NCBI GenBank assembly: GCA_950097015.1
Contig: CATNEN010000005.1
Location: 4,898,001 to 4,962,000, forward strand
DNA from: Macrostomum hystrix
Taxonomy: Eukaryota; Animalia; Platyhelminthes
Direction: 5' to 3'
DNA: 64,000 bases
The notes under the pieces were generated by a model. That model ran no database searches. It worked only from the letters and a program-made list of their open reading frames with translations, and was not told the DNA's origin. Positions 25,000 to 50,278 of this stretch are shown piece by piece. The position numbers were made by a program, and so were the translations under genes. Numbering within the stretch: the stretch's first letter is position 1; every line of letters begins with the position of its first letter.

Positions 25000-25050
25000 T
25001 GAGGAGGGCTGTGGGCAATGGTACATCATTTGGTGTGACCTGCAGCCAGC
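25000..25050 (-). mobile_element. SINE family A 3' fragment
   Basis: GAGGAGGGCTGTGGGCAATGGTACATCATTTGGTG. Confidence 0.7.
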
Positions 25051-25684
25051 TTGGCAGCGGGTATTTGAACTACGGTGTTTCTACAGATAAAAAGTTAAAT
25101 TAATGAATAAACTGATTCAATCTTTGAAACTACGAGCTTGTATTTACGATTGAAAACAACCCTCAGGTGATTCGATGACGATATACCGATCGAGATGAAG
25201 CCATCCAGCCTCAACGTCAGCACAGCAAATCATCACCTTGCTGATTCACCCGATGACGCCAGCAGTGTTGACAGTGAAGAACCGGCTAAGAATATTGCAA
25301 AGAAAATGTGCGACTCTTCAACGTCTTCGTCCGAAGCGTCTACTCCTTCCACGGGGGTACCAACCAAGCGATAGCTTTTGAAAGCTTCACAACCACCAGT
25401 CTGAGTGACGAAGTTCAAACTAGAAGTAATGGGTCAGTGTTCACCAGCAATCAACTAATTGACCTGCTAGACGCTAGACGAGCTAGAAGCTGCTCACAAA
25501 TTGGCAGCGGTGAAGCGGGAAGTTCTGATCATTGCTGTTGTGTATGCGGCTTGCATGCTGCCTAGAGTCCAAGCGCACGTGGCGCGTTGTGATTGGCTGG
25601 GGGGTTTTACTGTCTGCCCCAGACCAGTCTAAGCCGGGGTGGGGGTTGGTTGTTGACAGTCTAAATTATATAAAATAGTGCACA

Positions 25685-25950
25685 TTGTCAACTGGGGGAT
25701 TATTGTCAACTGGGGGATCATTGTCAACTGGGGGATCATTGTCAACTGGGGGATCATTGTCAACTGGGGGATCATTGTCAACTGGGGGATCATTGTCAAC
25801 TGGGGTATCATTGTCAACTGGGGGTTCATTGTCAACTGGGGGATCATTGTCAACTGGGGGATCATTGTCAACTGGGGGATCATTGTCAACTGGGGGATCA
25901 TTGTCAACTGGGGGATCATTGTCAACTGGGTGATTATCATCACCTGGGGG
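25685..25950. repeat. 18-bp minisatellite (ATTGTCAACTGGGGGATC)n
   Basis: About 14 tandem copies; source of the IVNWGI and MIPQLT ORFs. Confidence 0.95.
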
Positions 25951-26498
25951 ATCATTGTAGATTTAAAAAGCTGTAAATTACTAATAGTTACTGTAAGTTA
26001 CTAATACGGCCTTAGTAACTGTTTCGCTTTGCCCGGGATCGATAGCAACTCCTGACATTTTCCCGTCGTCAAAACATCAAATAAAGCCAACAGTGGTTTT
26101 CCGATTTCGGATAGCAGTTAATCACTATTTAGATATTCATTGCTAATCAATATAAATGTTGTGTCTGTGCCTTAAAGTACTGTCACAGCAAGATCGCACC
26201 GAGGTACTTGAAAGTCCATGAAAGTCGTGCAATTTAAATATCTAGAGTTAAATATCTTTTTATTTGCGTAGTTTTTGTAAACTTTTTATCAAGATATTTT
26301 TTTTATTATTATTCTAATGATATTTTTTAATTTTGGTCTGATCTAGCTGAGTTGCTGATTAAGAAATATATATTTTTATTACAGCCATTAAGATTTCATG
26401 TGCCAATGGGCATTAAACAAACTACGAGCGTAGATTTTTATAGTGTTTTAGAATTCACTGCTTTAAAAAGCAGTTTCAGTTACTTGGCTTTTATGCAT

Positions 26499-29400
26499 CT
26501 AAATTCTCAGAAGTCTGTCTTCAGCACTCGGATTGGCCCCGTTCGTGTCTTCATTGATGCCGCAGTCGACATCAGAACCCGAAGCCGCCGCCGCCGCGGC
26601 CACGGCAGCCATCATTTCAGCGGCCCGCAGTTGCCCAATCTTCAGAATGCCGCAGAAGAGCAGCAGTTGAGTCAGGTACAGCGCACCGCACACCAGCCAC
26701 ACGTCGGCAAAGCTCTTGCGAGTATCGTAAACTAGACCTGGGTTCCATTTATACGCTCGTATATGATGAGATGTGAGAGATGAGACACGAGAGGGATGAA
26801 ACACGGGGGGATGAGACACGGGGGGGATGAGACACGGGAGGGATGAGACACGGGAGGGATGAGACACGGGGGGAGATGAGACACGGGAGCGATGAGACAC
26901 GGGAGCGATGAGACACGGGAGAGATGAGACACGGGAGGGATGAGACACGGGGGGGATGAGACACGGGAGGGATGAGACACGGGAGGGATGAGACACGGGG
27001 GGGAGATGAGACACGGGAGCGATGAGACACGGGAGCGATGAGACACGGGAGCGATGAGACACGGGAGAGATGAGACACGGGAGCGATGAGACACGGGAGG
27101 GATGAGACACGGGGGAGATGAGACACGGGAGGGATGAGACACGGGAGAGATGAGACACGGGGGAGATGAGACACGGGAGAGATGAGACAAGGGAGAGATG
27201 AGACACGGGAGAGATGAGACACGGGAGAGATGAGACACGGGAGAGATGAGACACGGGAGAGATGAGACACGGAGAGATGAGACACGGGAGAGATGAGACA
27301 CGGGAGAGATGAGACACGGGAGATATACGACACGGGAGAGATGGGACACGGGAGAGATGAGACACGGGAGAGATAAGACACGGAGAGATGAGACACGGAG
27401 AGATGAGACAAGGGAGCGATGAGACACGGGAGAGGTCAGACACGGGAGGGATGAGACATGGGGGAGATGAGACACGGGAGGGATGAGACACGGGAGAGAT
27501 GAGACACGGGAGAGATGAGACACGGGAGCGATGAGACACGGGAGGGATGAGACACGGGGGAGATAAGGCATGGGAGGGATGAGACATTCAAACCAAGTTA
27601 ATGTCTGTGTTCGGTTTTTCAGTTATCTAAGACCCAGTAATCTAGTTGAGTAGGCCATGCTCACCTGAAAACAGTGGGCCAACCAGAATGCCGACTCCGG
27701 ACCACAAGTTTGTTGCCGACCAGGCGATATCGATCGGCAGTTTCGTCACCTCTCCGGATGCCGCGTACTGATAGACAATGGACATGCCAAGCAGTCCGCC
27801 TAGCACTGTGAATCGAATTTTAACATTGTTTGCGATGTTAGCTCTGCCCATAAAGTTCAAAAGCATCTTCACAACAAAGCATCTTCAGTCACTCTTCAGA
27901 AACTTCAGTCACTCTTCAGAAACTTCAGTCACTCTTCAGAAGCTTTAGTCACTCCTCAGAAAATTCTGTCATTCTTCAGAAAATTCAGTCAACCATTAGA
28001 AACTTTAGTCACTCTTCAGAAACTTTAGTCACTCCTCAGAAAATTCTGTCACTCCTCAGAAAATTCAGTCACTCCTCAGAAAATTCAGTCACTCCTCAGA
28101 AAATTCTGTCACTCCTCAGAAAATTCAGTCACTCCTCAGAAAATTCAGTCACTCCTCAGAAACTTTAGTCACTCTTCAGAAACTTAAGTCACTCTTCAGA
28201 AACTTAAGTCACTCTTCAGAAACTTCATTCACTCTTCAGAAACTTTAGTTACTCCTCAGAAACTTCAGTCACTCCTCAGAAAATTCAGTCACTCCTCAGA
28301 AACTTCAGTCACTCTTTAGAAACTTCATTCACTCTTCCTAAACTTTAGTCAATCATCAGAAACTTCAGTCACTCTTCAGAAACTTCAGTCACTCTTCAGA
28401 AGCTTTAGTCACTTCTCAGAAACTTCAGTCACTCTTTAGAAACTTCATTCACTCTTCCTAAACTTTAGTCAATCATCAGAAACTTCAGTCACTCTTCAGA
28501 AACTTCAGTCACTCTTCAGAAACTTCAGTCACTCTTCAGAAACTTCAGTCACTCTTCAGAAACTTCAGTCACTCTTCAGAAACTTCAGTCACTCTTCAGA
28601 AGCTTTAGTCACTTCTCAGAAACTTCAGTCACTCTTTAGAAACTTCATTCACTCTTCCTAAACTTTAGTCAATCATCAGAAACTTCAGTCACTCTTCAGA
28701 AACTTCAGTCACTCTTCAGAAACTTCAGTCACTCTTCAGAAACTTCAGTCACTCTTCAGAAGCTTTAGTCACTTCTCAGAAACTTCAGTCACTCTTTAGA
28801 AACTTCATTCACTCTTCCTAAACTTTAGTCAATCATCAGAAACTTCAGTCACTCTTCAGAAACTTCAGTCACTCTTCAGAAACTTCAGTCACTCTTCAGA
28901 AACTTCAGTCACTCTTCAGAAGCTTTAGTCACTTCTCAGAAAATTCAGTCACTCTTCAGAAAATTCAGTCACTCTTCAGAAAATTCTGTCACTCCTCAGA
29001 AAATTCTGTCACTCCTCAGAAAATTCTGTCACTCCTCAGAAAATTCAGTCACTCTTCAGAAACTTTAGTTACTCCTCAGAAACTTCAGTCACTCTTTAGA
29101 TACTTTAGTGACTTCAGTAAACATTCTTCAGTCGCCGACTCTCGCTAGTTACTGACCCATCGAACAGGCCAGAATCTCAGCAAATCCGTCATCAATGAAG
29201 GGCCAAGCGAGGCAGAGAGCGCACAGACCAGCTGACGAGACCACATTGACAGTTGACAGTCGGCCTTTCAATGTGTCGCCAAGAGCAGAGCCAGTGACGT
29301 AGGTGACGCATTCGGCCAGTGACAAAGCGGCAACCACCCACTTGGAGTCGGCGAGGCCGATGCCCTTCTGCTGCATGTAGTAGGCCTACGGAAGTATAGA

Positions 29401-32400
29401 AATAATAAGTCACGTTTTATTTGTTAAGTCCTATTTAGAAATAGAGAAACCACATTAGAAATAGAGAAACCATATTAGAAATAGAGAAACCACATTAGAA
29501 ATAGAGAAACCACATTAGAAATAGAGAAACCACATTAGAAATAGAGAAACCACATTAGAAATAGAGAAACCACATTAGAAATAGAGAAACCACATTAGAA
29601 ATAGAGAAACCACATTAGAAATAGAGAAACCACATTAGAAATAGAGAAACCACATTAGAAATAGAGAAACCACATTAGAAATAGAGAAACCACATTAGAA
29701 ATAGAGAGAACCCCCATTAAAAGTAGAGAAACCCGATTAAAGTTAGAGAAACCCTATTAGAAACAGAGAAACATGATTAAATATAGAGAAACCACATTAG
29801 AAATAGAGAAACCACATTAAAAATAGAGAAACCACATCCAATTCCTAAATGGAAAAATCCCATTGCTAGGTCCCATTTTCAATACGCTGATCGCTAGGAA
29901 GCAGCAAGGCATACCAGATTCATAAACGGCATGTAGAATCCAACAAAGGCTATGGCATTGCCCAGCAACCAGAGTCCGAGCTCGGGTCTCACTGCCGCCA
30001 GCCCAGGACTGCACACGGCGCGTAGACGATAATGAAAATCGCCTTGGTCCAGTGGTGCAGCTGACGAGTCGTCGTTGTCTTCTTGAAGGCGCCTGCTGGC
30101 AGGCAGGAAGGCCAACATGCTGCATGGCAGGCCGATAATTAGGATGAGAATGCCGCAGACACGAAATGCTGCTGCTGGGCCGTAGCTGCTCACTAGCCAA
30201 CCATTCAGAGGGTTGAACAGCAGACTGCCTGCAAATTTTCAATCAGCCTTGTGTTGGTAGTTTGTATAGAATCGAACGTCTGACCTAAGGGCTGTTGTTT
30301 ATTCGAATCCCAATCTGTGTCCTTGATTGCACCTGCCCAAATTCGAGCCAGATGTGCAGCCGACAGTACCACGGCGTATCTGAAGGCTGCGAACGGCTGT
30401 TCAGTCCATGGACTGGGGGGACGCCACACCCACTATCAAATACCCCAGCTAGATGCCTGTACTCATTTAACAGCTTGGGGGTGAACTGAAGCAATTCAGA
30501 GTTAAGTGTGTCTTGCTAAAGGACACAAATTGTTCCAGTGGAGTCGGGAATCGAACCCCCGACCTCTCTAGTCGTGGATCGCTTAGTCGAGATTCTGGGA
30601 CTTTGTTAATCTTCGAGAATATCCTGAGTGAATTCTTACCAATAGGGTAGCCGCACATAAGACTGCTAGTTGCCAGCACATGCCTCTGATGCCCAACAGG
30701 ATAGTGATCGATAATCACCAGACTGGAGCTCATGTACGTTAGCGAAGATCCAACACCGTGCAGCAGAGTGTAGGTCAGCAGGAGCCAGAGCTCAGTTCTG
30801 GCTGCCAACACCTGAGCTGACATGAAACAGGAAGCCGCCAGGATCACAATGCCTACTGTTGCCACCAATCTGAATGCGTCCCTATTGGCACCGATGCTGC
30901 GAATCAGCAGTACAGACACTGGCGACAGTGACAGTGACAGGGAGAATGAAAGAGTGCCGATCCAGTCTGAAAATTAGATAGATAGATAGATAGATAGACA
31001 AACAGATAGATAGATAGATATGAGAGCTGCTGTGAATAGGCGTTGAGAACAGTCTGTGAATAGGCGTTGAGAACAGTCTGTGAATAGGCGTTGAGAACAG
31101 CTGTGAATAGGCGTTGAGAACAGCTGTGAATAGGCGTTGAGAACAGCTGTGAATAGGCGTTGAGAACAGCTGTGAATAGGCGTTGAGCACAGCTGTGAAT
31201 AGGCGTTGAGAACAGTCTGTGAATAGGCGTTGAGAACAGTCTGTGAATAGGCGTTGAGAACAGCTGTGAATAGGCGTTGAGCACAGCTGTGAATAGGCGT
31301 TGAGAACAGCTGTGAATAGGCGTTGAGAACAGCTGTGAATAGGCGTTGAGAACAGTCTGTGAATAGGCGTTGAGAACAGCTGTGAATAGGCGTTGAGCAC
31401 AGCTGTGAATAGGCGTTGAGAACAGTCTGTGAATAGGCGTTGAGAACAGTCTGTGAATAGGCGTTGAGAACAGCTGTGAATAGGCGTTGAGCACAGCTGT
31501 GAATAGGCGTTGAGAACAGTCTGTGAATAGGCGTTGAGAACAGCTGTGAATAGGCGTTGAGCACAGCTGTGAATAGGCGTTGAGAACAGCTGTGAATAGG
31601 CGTTGAGAACAGCTGTGAATAGGCGTTGAGAACAGCTGTGAATAGGCGTTGAGAACAGTCTGTGAATAGGCGTTGAGAACAGCTGTGAATAGGCGTTGAG
31701 CACAGCTGTGAATAGGCGTTGAGAACAGCTGTGAATAGGCGTTGAGAACAGCTGTGAATAGGCGTTGAGAACAGTCTGTGAATAGGCGTTGAGAACAGCT
31801 GTGAATAGGCGTTGAGCACAGCTGTGAATAGGCGTTGAGAACAGTCTGTGAATAGGCGTTGAGAACAGCTGTGAATAGGCGTTGAGAACAGCTGTGAATA
31901 GGCGTTGAGAACAGCTGTGAATAGGCGTTGAGAACAGCTGTTGAATGGGAATTGAGAACAGCTGTGAATAGGCGTTGAGAACAGCTGTGAATAGGCGTTG
32001 AGAACAGCTGTGAATAGGCGTTGAGAACAGCTGTGAATAGGCGTTGAGAACAGCTGTGAATAGGCGTTGAGAACAGTCTGTGAATAGGCGTTGAGAACAG
32101 CTGTGAATAGGCGTTGAGAACAGCTGTGAATAGGCGTTGAGAACAGCTGTGAATAGGCGTTGAGAACAGCTGTGAATAGGCGTTGAAAACAGCTGTGAAT
32201 AGGCGTTGAGAACAGCTGTGAATAGGCGTTGAGAACAGCTGTGAATAGGCGTTGAGAACAGCTGTTGAATGGGAATTGAGAACAGCTAATTATGGAAAGA
32301 ACATTGCCTATCTTTAAGCTTACTGTGCAGTGCCATTGCACTGTGTCCGTGCGCTCCTCCCATAGATAATGAGGAGTTCACTGCATTGTTATCTAATTCG

Positions 32401-32585
32401 ATGCCGTCAAGGTCGCTATTGTATTCCTCTAATTTGACAACGAAAACTCCGAAGCTGTAGGTAACACCGCTGCGCACTACAGTCAGTAGCAGTACAGCCG
32501 TGCACACTAGGTAGCCCTGACTACCAGCCGGTAGCGAGTAGAAGCTCCGCGTCACTTTCAGCCGAACCAGTCGTCTAAGGGGCAT
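26499..32585 (-). CDS. Major facilitator superfamily transporter, SLC16/monocarboxylate-transporter-like; exons 32585-32324, 30966-30640, 30228-29915, 29385-29157, 27805-27665, 26737-26499 (503 aa)
   Basis: Phase-consistent GT-AG joins (1,1,0,1,1) totalling 1512 nt. MCT-like motifs: GVTYSFGVFVVKL, NWIGTLSFSLSLSLSPVSVLLIRSIG, HGVGSSLTYMSSSLVIIDHYP, GFYMPFMNL, GILVGPLFSG|LVYDTRKSF; about 12 hydrophobic segments. Confidence 0.88.
26775..27585. repeat. 16-bp GA-rich minisatellite (GAGATGAGACACGGGA)n in MFS intron 5
   Basis: Reverse complement of the 21575-24740 unit. Confidence 0.96.
27880..29110. repeat. 20-bp minisatellite (AAACTTCAGTCACTCTTCAG)n filling MFS intron 4
   Basis: About 60 copies; a variant block recurs at 28321, 28441, 28641 and 28801. 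Confidence 0.96.
29435..29836. repeat. 20-bp minisatellite (TTAGAAATAGAGAAACCACA)n in MFS intron 3
   Basis: About 20 copies. Confidence 0.96.
30335..30580 (-). mobile_element. SINE family B copy in MFS intron 2
   Basis: Shared body CTGAAGGCTGCG...CAGTCCATGGACTG...CAGCTTGGGGTGAACTGAAGCAA...GGGAATCGAACCCCCGACC. Confidence 0.85.
30977..32285. repeat. (GATA)n microsatellite plus 23/25-bp minisatellite (GAATAGGCGTTGAGAACAG[TC]CTGT)n filling MFS intron 1
   Basis: About 55 copies of two interleaved length variants. Confidence 0.96.
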
Positions 32586-32959
32586 GACAGATTCTCTCGA
32601 ACAGATTGCAGAACTTTCTAGAAATCTCCATTCCGCTGGGGTCTTTTATTCGGTCAGATGCAGGCAAAGCCCTATCGATTGAGAAAATACCTTATTGGCG
32701 AGAGATTCCGAAGTGAATCCCCGGCCCCTACTTCACTTCCATCCAGTATAAAGCTTCAGCCCAATTTGATTGGGTTTGGCTAATCAAACTCACATGAAAG
32801 CAAATATATTGAAGCCTTATTTTTTATATCAAGATGTGTTTCTGACACAGCCTATTGCTGCTTCCATTAAGCGAGATCCTGGCTTCAATGATGAGGACAA
32901 TGTCTTGCAAATGACTTTTGATGACTAGAATTATAACTTTTTCTGATCGACTCCCACTG

Positions 32960-33178
32960 TCAGCTGTTAGATCAACTGTTAGATCAGCTGTTAGATCAAC
33001 TGTTAGATCAACTGTTAGATCAGCTGTTAGATCAACTGTTAGATCAACTGTTAGATCAGCTGTTAGATCAACTGTTAGATCAACTGTTAGATCAACTGTT
33101 AGATCAACTGTTAGATCAACTGTTAGATCAACTGTTAGATCAACTGTTAGATCAACTGTTAGATCAACTGTTAGATGC
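32960..33178. repeat. 12-bp minisatellite (CTGTTAGATCAA)n between the divergent MFS and Rab6 starts
   Basis: About 18 copies. Confidence 0.95.
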
Positions 33179-34562
33179 ATCAAACCGCTTTGATAACGAA
33201 CAATTTATGAGGTTTAAAAGAAAAAAATTTAGTTAATGCATGAACTTCTACATCGCATCATAACTTAACTTGCAATATGAAATGACAGACATGAACTTGG
33301 TTGTGAGAAAATCTATAATCCATACAACCAGTTAGGCCCCTAAAATGTTGCTGCGTTAATTGGGGTATCGAGCGCTTGGATCAATTACTATAAAACAGTA
33401 GCTATTATTGGCTGCAGTATTTTCAGATCAATAAAAAAGTAGACATGGAAAACAGTTTGTTGTTAAAAACGTTATTCACTTTAACGTTATTATTGTCTTC
33501 TTCTATAGTAGTGGCCCTGGCCTTGAATGTACGTAATATCGACAGAACTGAGAAGTGCATTTGTACTACACACACTAAATATGAAAAAAATTATGTAATT
33601 ATGTATTATGGGCACTCGTACAAGGGTACAATCAGTCAGTTTATTACGGATAATATATACTTTATGACGCAATATCGCCGCAGCTATTAACGATTTGTTT
33701 ATTTTCTAATACATTAAAATGAATGCAGTTTAAAAAGGTGTCATTTTTCTGCAGCATGTTTTAAAAGTTACTGCAAAAAAACTAATAGCTAAATAATGAT
33801 ATCAATTAATATTCTGCTTATCGAGACGATAGTGTGCTTCTTCAAGAATTTTTTAATTGTTAGTAATTTATTCTCCTGCCCTATTATTTCAGAGTTTAAA
33901 AGTATTAAGGCTGATAGCTACTATGGCTATTAGGACGCGTTTAAAGCACAAAATCGAGAAGATACATTAATATTTGGATTGTTGATTCTCCCGAATGTTC
34001 TCAGAAGATAAGAAAGGCTGTGCCGGAAAGCCGTAATATTTTGAGCACTCTTAAGAATCATTTTTAGGTTAATCATAAGTTTTGTATTCGTTTAAAAAAT
34101 GGCATGGAATTGTGTTGTAATAATCAATTCAAATAAAGCGTGAATAGAAAACTGAAAACTTTTTTAAGTTTATGTAAAAGTTTCTCTTTAATATTGACCA
34201 CTTAATATTCTCTATATAGAATAAATAAGGAAAAAATCTGCATAAAAGTATTATATTCATTATAATAAACGATTATATTTAAATTTTTAAGCTTTTTATT
34301 TATAATAATACTGCATGAGCATTGAGCAATGCTAAATGTACAGAAACTTTTTTGTTTCAGACTGCCTTCTCCACATATACAGAAGCGTTTTATTTTCGTT
34401 AATCACGCTCCGAAGTTAAGCAATTTAAGCGGCATTTAGTAGATATATTTTCCAAGAAACTGAATTGTGTTGTCTGTAAGTCAACAAAACCGTATTTGTT
34501 GTGTTTGTTGGACGCAGCCAATTATTAATACCTTCTCACAGAGTCATTATATTGTACTTTAA

Positions 34563-47176
<12,614 letters not shown>

Positions 47177-48059
47177 TGCTGTGGTTAGAAATGCAGTGGA
47201 TCTAGTGATAATTCTGACTGGCATTGTTTGCCTTTCTTGACTTTGATAGACTGGTAGCTTCTTTCTAGATATAAATTTTATTTTACCTAAAAGATGTTGT
47301 CTAATTAATATTGTTAACATTAGAAATACCTGCTACTGTTTTTCCCCCAAAAGTTTTAGTACCAAGGCTAAATGTGTTTTTTTCCTGCGCCCAAATAGAC
47401 GACAGCGGGCCGCATTATCTGTAGGAATATGAGACGGGAGAGATAATACACGGTAGAGATAAGACTCAATCTTCAGATGAAATAAGAGATGAGACAGGTT
47501 GCTATAGGTGTCGCACCTGGGCTTCATCTGGTCCGCGGACCGTAGTTTGCCGACCCTTTCGTCTAGAACCAAAGTGCAGCGGTCAAAAATATGAAAATAT
47601 TTCCACATTAATTAAGTGATGCCAACTTGGTTAAACTTACACCTGACCTTGGTACTTTTACTGCTGCTTCTAAATGTTCTTTTACTAGAAAGCATGCTTG
47701 CTTGTGACTTTAAAACGCTTCGTAGTGCAATCGCTTACAGAAAAAACAGCATAACTAAAAGTTTTACTGCTTTCGAATATATATTTTTGTTTGCTGCTTT
47801 TGCCTGAAATTTTCTATTCCTTGCATATCTCTACTAACACAAATTAGTACTATCTGGCATATTCTACAAAAGTCTTTTTATATACAAAATTCTTCTATTT
47901 TACATTCCTTGACTCTTTAACTTCGCTCTCTGCGTGTGTGCCTACCTTGACGCACCGAAACCTATCGTCCACTTCGTGCCTTGGTTGTCGTCTTGATAAA
48001 AATGTTACCTAACACACGCGTACAAAACAAACACCTGGAAATGATTACAAATCAATTAG

Positions 48060-48127
48060 ATATTGAACTGAGACCAGTGGAACAAACTGCCGCCAGTGAC
48101 CAAGCCAAGAGCTACTGCAACTGCTAG
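48060..48127 (+). CDS. rab6: Alternative terminal exon of Rab6 (T|AT: YIELRPVEQTAASDQAKSYCNC*)
   Basis: Same 68-nt coding length and phase as exon 47109-47176; ends CNC-stop; 185-nt AG-free zone upstream with TTCCTTGAC/ACCTTGAC/ACCTAAC motifs; AATAAA near 48171. Confidence 0.72.
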
Positions 48128-48789
48128 AGTAACTGCAATACTTCAGCGGACTTTAATTAGTTCATTTAATAAATAAATAATTAATGGGCATTCGATTTCT
48201 ATACTAAAATGTGTTATTTATTAAAACAGTTACTAGTGCAAGATCTTAGCATGCTTGTTTTTCCTTATTTCAGACTACTGCTTCGGTCTAGTAGTCAGTT
48301 TGCACGTTTTTGTATTAAGCGTAATTTTAGACCATTTTTACCGCCTATCCAGCCTCTGTTTTTGTTCGAATGCTTAAGCTTCGACTTAATATTTAAAACT
48401 ACCTGATCAACGCACCTGTCGATATGTGAGTACGATATTGAATGGCAAATTGTATTGTGTTTGTAATTACTATTTAGGCGTATTAATTCTTGTAATATTA
48501 GTACTACCTTGTACTAATTTCTATATAGCTTGCTTGTTTAAAATATTGAGTGAACCCAATATCTTTTTTAACTTGTTTCTTTTTTCGCTTTCTGTACTTG
48601 TTGTTGTTTTTGTTTTTTTGATTCACAAGAAATACAAATTAGTGTTTAGCTTGAGTTTCTACAATCTGTTTGCTTGCTATTAACTAGCGCAGCAAATGTT
48701 TTTATCGCCTTAAAAACTGATCTATTGACGCTTTGTACTTTGTTGAGTATAAGTTCTTCTATATCTGAATAATAAAATTATTTGTTTAC

Positions 48790-49030
48790 ACCTGCCCTGA
48801 TTGGATCAGACGTGCAGCCGACAGCACAGCCTCAGCGATTGCGCGGCGCATCTGAAGGCTGCGTACGGCTGTTCAGTCCATGGACTGGGGGGACGCCACA
48901 ACCACCCTCAATTTCCCAAGCTAAATGCTGTTACGCATTCAACAGCTGGGTGAACTGAAGCAATGCAGAATTAAGTGTATTCCTAAAGAACAAATTGTTC
49001 CAGTGAAGTCGGGAAGCGAACCTCTGACCT
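48790..49030 (-). mobile_element. SINE family B copy
   Basis: Shared body including CAGTCCATGGACTG and CAGCTGGGTGAACTGAAGCAATGCAG. Confidence 0.85.
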
Positions 49031-49279
49031 TCTTGGATACTTCTTCAACTTGCCTAATGCTTGCCAACTTGATGCTCTACCGAATGTTATAAAGTTTTGT
49101 ACATGACAATTTGATCTAGAGCAACATGTTAAGCAAGTTATACCAACAGAACAGCTTTGTATATGCTTCCAATCATATGCTGTCACCATTTCAATCTGAA
49201 AAAGTAATTGTTTCCTATCTCCATAGGTGTGTCTTTTTCTAAGAAACGTAGCTTCCCGTCCTTATCCTAGTGGTCCTTG

Positions 49280-49485
49280 ACTCACACAGGTATGTACATC
49301 TGCCCTTGCTTTATCATCGTCAGGCAGTGTACACTCTCTCTGTGCCTTCATGGAGCTAGGTTGGCCTATATGCAGGTTGGCCTTCTTTCCGAAACTGCGC
49401 CCCAAATGAATGTGGCCTCGTCGCGGAATCGAGCTCAGGGACCTTGGTGCGAGGCGCAAACGTGTAGGTCTGCTCAGCCACTCAC
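49280..49485 (-). mobile_element. SINE family A 5'/middle fragment
   Basis: TGTACATCTGCCC...CAGGCAGTGTACAC...GCGGAATCGAGCTCAGGGACCTTGGTGCGAG. Confidence 0.8.
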
Positions 49486-50278
49486 TCTCTTCAAATGGGC
49501 AGAAAGTCAAAAGAGAATACTAATGTGGTTTACCGAAGCCTTCTGCCTTCAACAAGTGGATCACCAGTGTTTCGAGAGAACTGGAGACTTTGAATTTAGA
49601 AGTAACTGCGTTTTTGCTTTTTGTGTTTTCATGTGTTTTCGAAAAACAATATTTTTTGCATCACTATATACAATTTTAAGCTCGCTCGTCTGTTTTCCTT
49701 TTCTGCTACTGTTATGCTATCCCTGCTATCAATTTACAAATGTAGGACTGACGAATTTCATCTACTCAGCGGCTGCTGAGCCACTGCATTGAATTAGCTA
49801 ATCGCTGACGAATTTAAACTTACCTTTGACGAATTCTAAATTGAAAAGGTACAGTTAGACATTTTGCCAGAAATCTTAATTCTACGGGCTACCGAAATTG
49901 GAGTCAATTGATACTGTCAAAGTTGAGAAACGCGGAGCGGAGTGAATTGTAAATTGAAATGCTATCTCTTGACAAGCTCCTTTTTGCTGAAAGCTTTAGC
50001 ATACTCGGAGAGTGGTAGAGAAGATTTATAGCTGTGCAAATCTTTTTACCTGTCAAGCAGTAGATAAAATATTCCCTTCAGATAGACGTGCGCACAAAAT
50101 AGGGTCGCAGAGAACCAGATAAAAAGTAAACTATCACAGTTGCTAAGCACTGAGTGGTCATTCTGCTTTTGCTAAAGTAGGCAAAATTTTGTGAATTAGT
50201 CTGTTGTCAAGTCAAGAGCAATTCTTTTTCCAAAAAGTGTTATTCAACGACATAGCAACACAAGACTCATCAACAACA

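Noticed and set aside
25173-25380. Coding-looking frame FDDDIPIEMKPSSLNV...PTKR*
   Set aside because: An in-frame TGA immediately follows the only good acceptor (CTCAG|G TGA); cannot be linked to a gene without cDNA
20186-27587. Long [15 protein letters not shown]-type ORFs (up to 711 aa)
   Set aside because: Products of 16- and 40-bp arrays; only 26737-26499 is coding (last MFS exon)
30882-33193. AVLNAYSQ and DLTV repeat ORFs
   Set aside because: Tandem-repeat translations inside an intron or intergenic DNA
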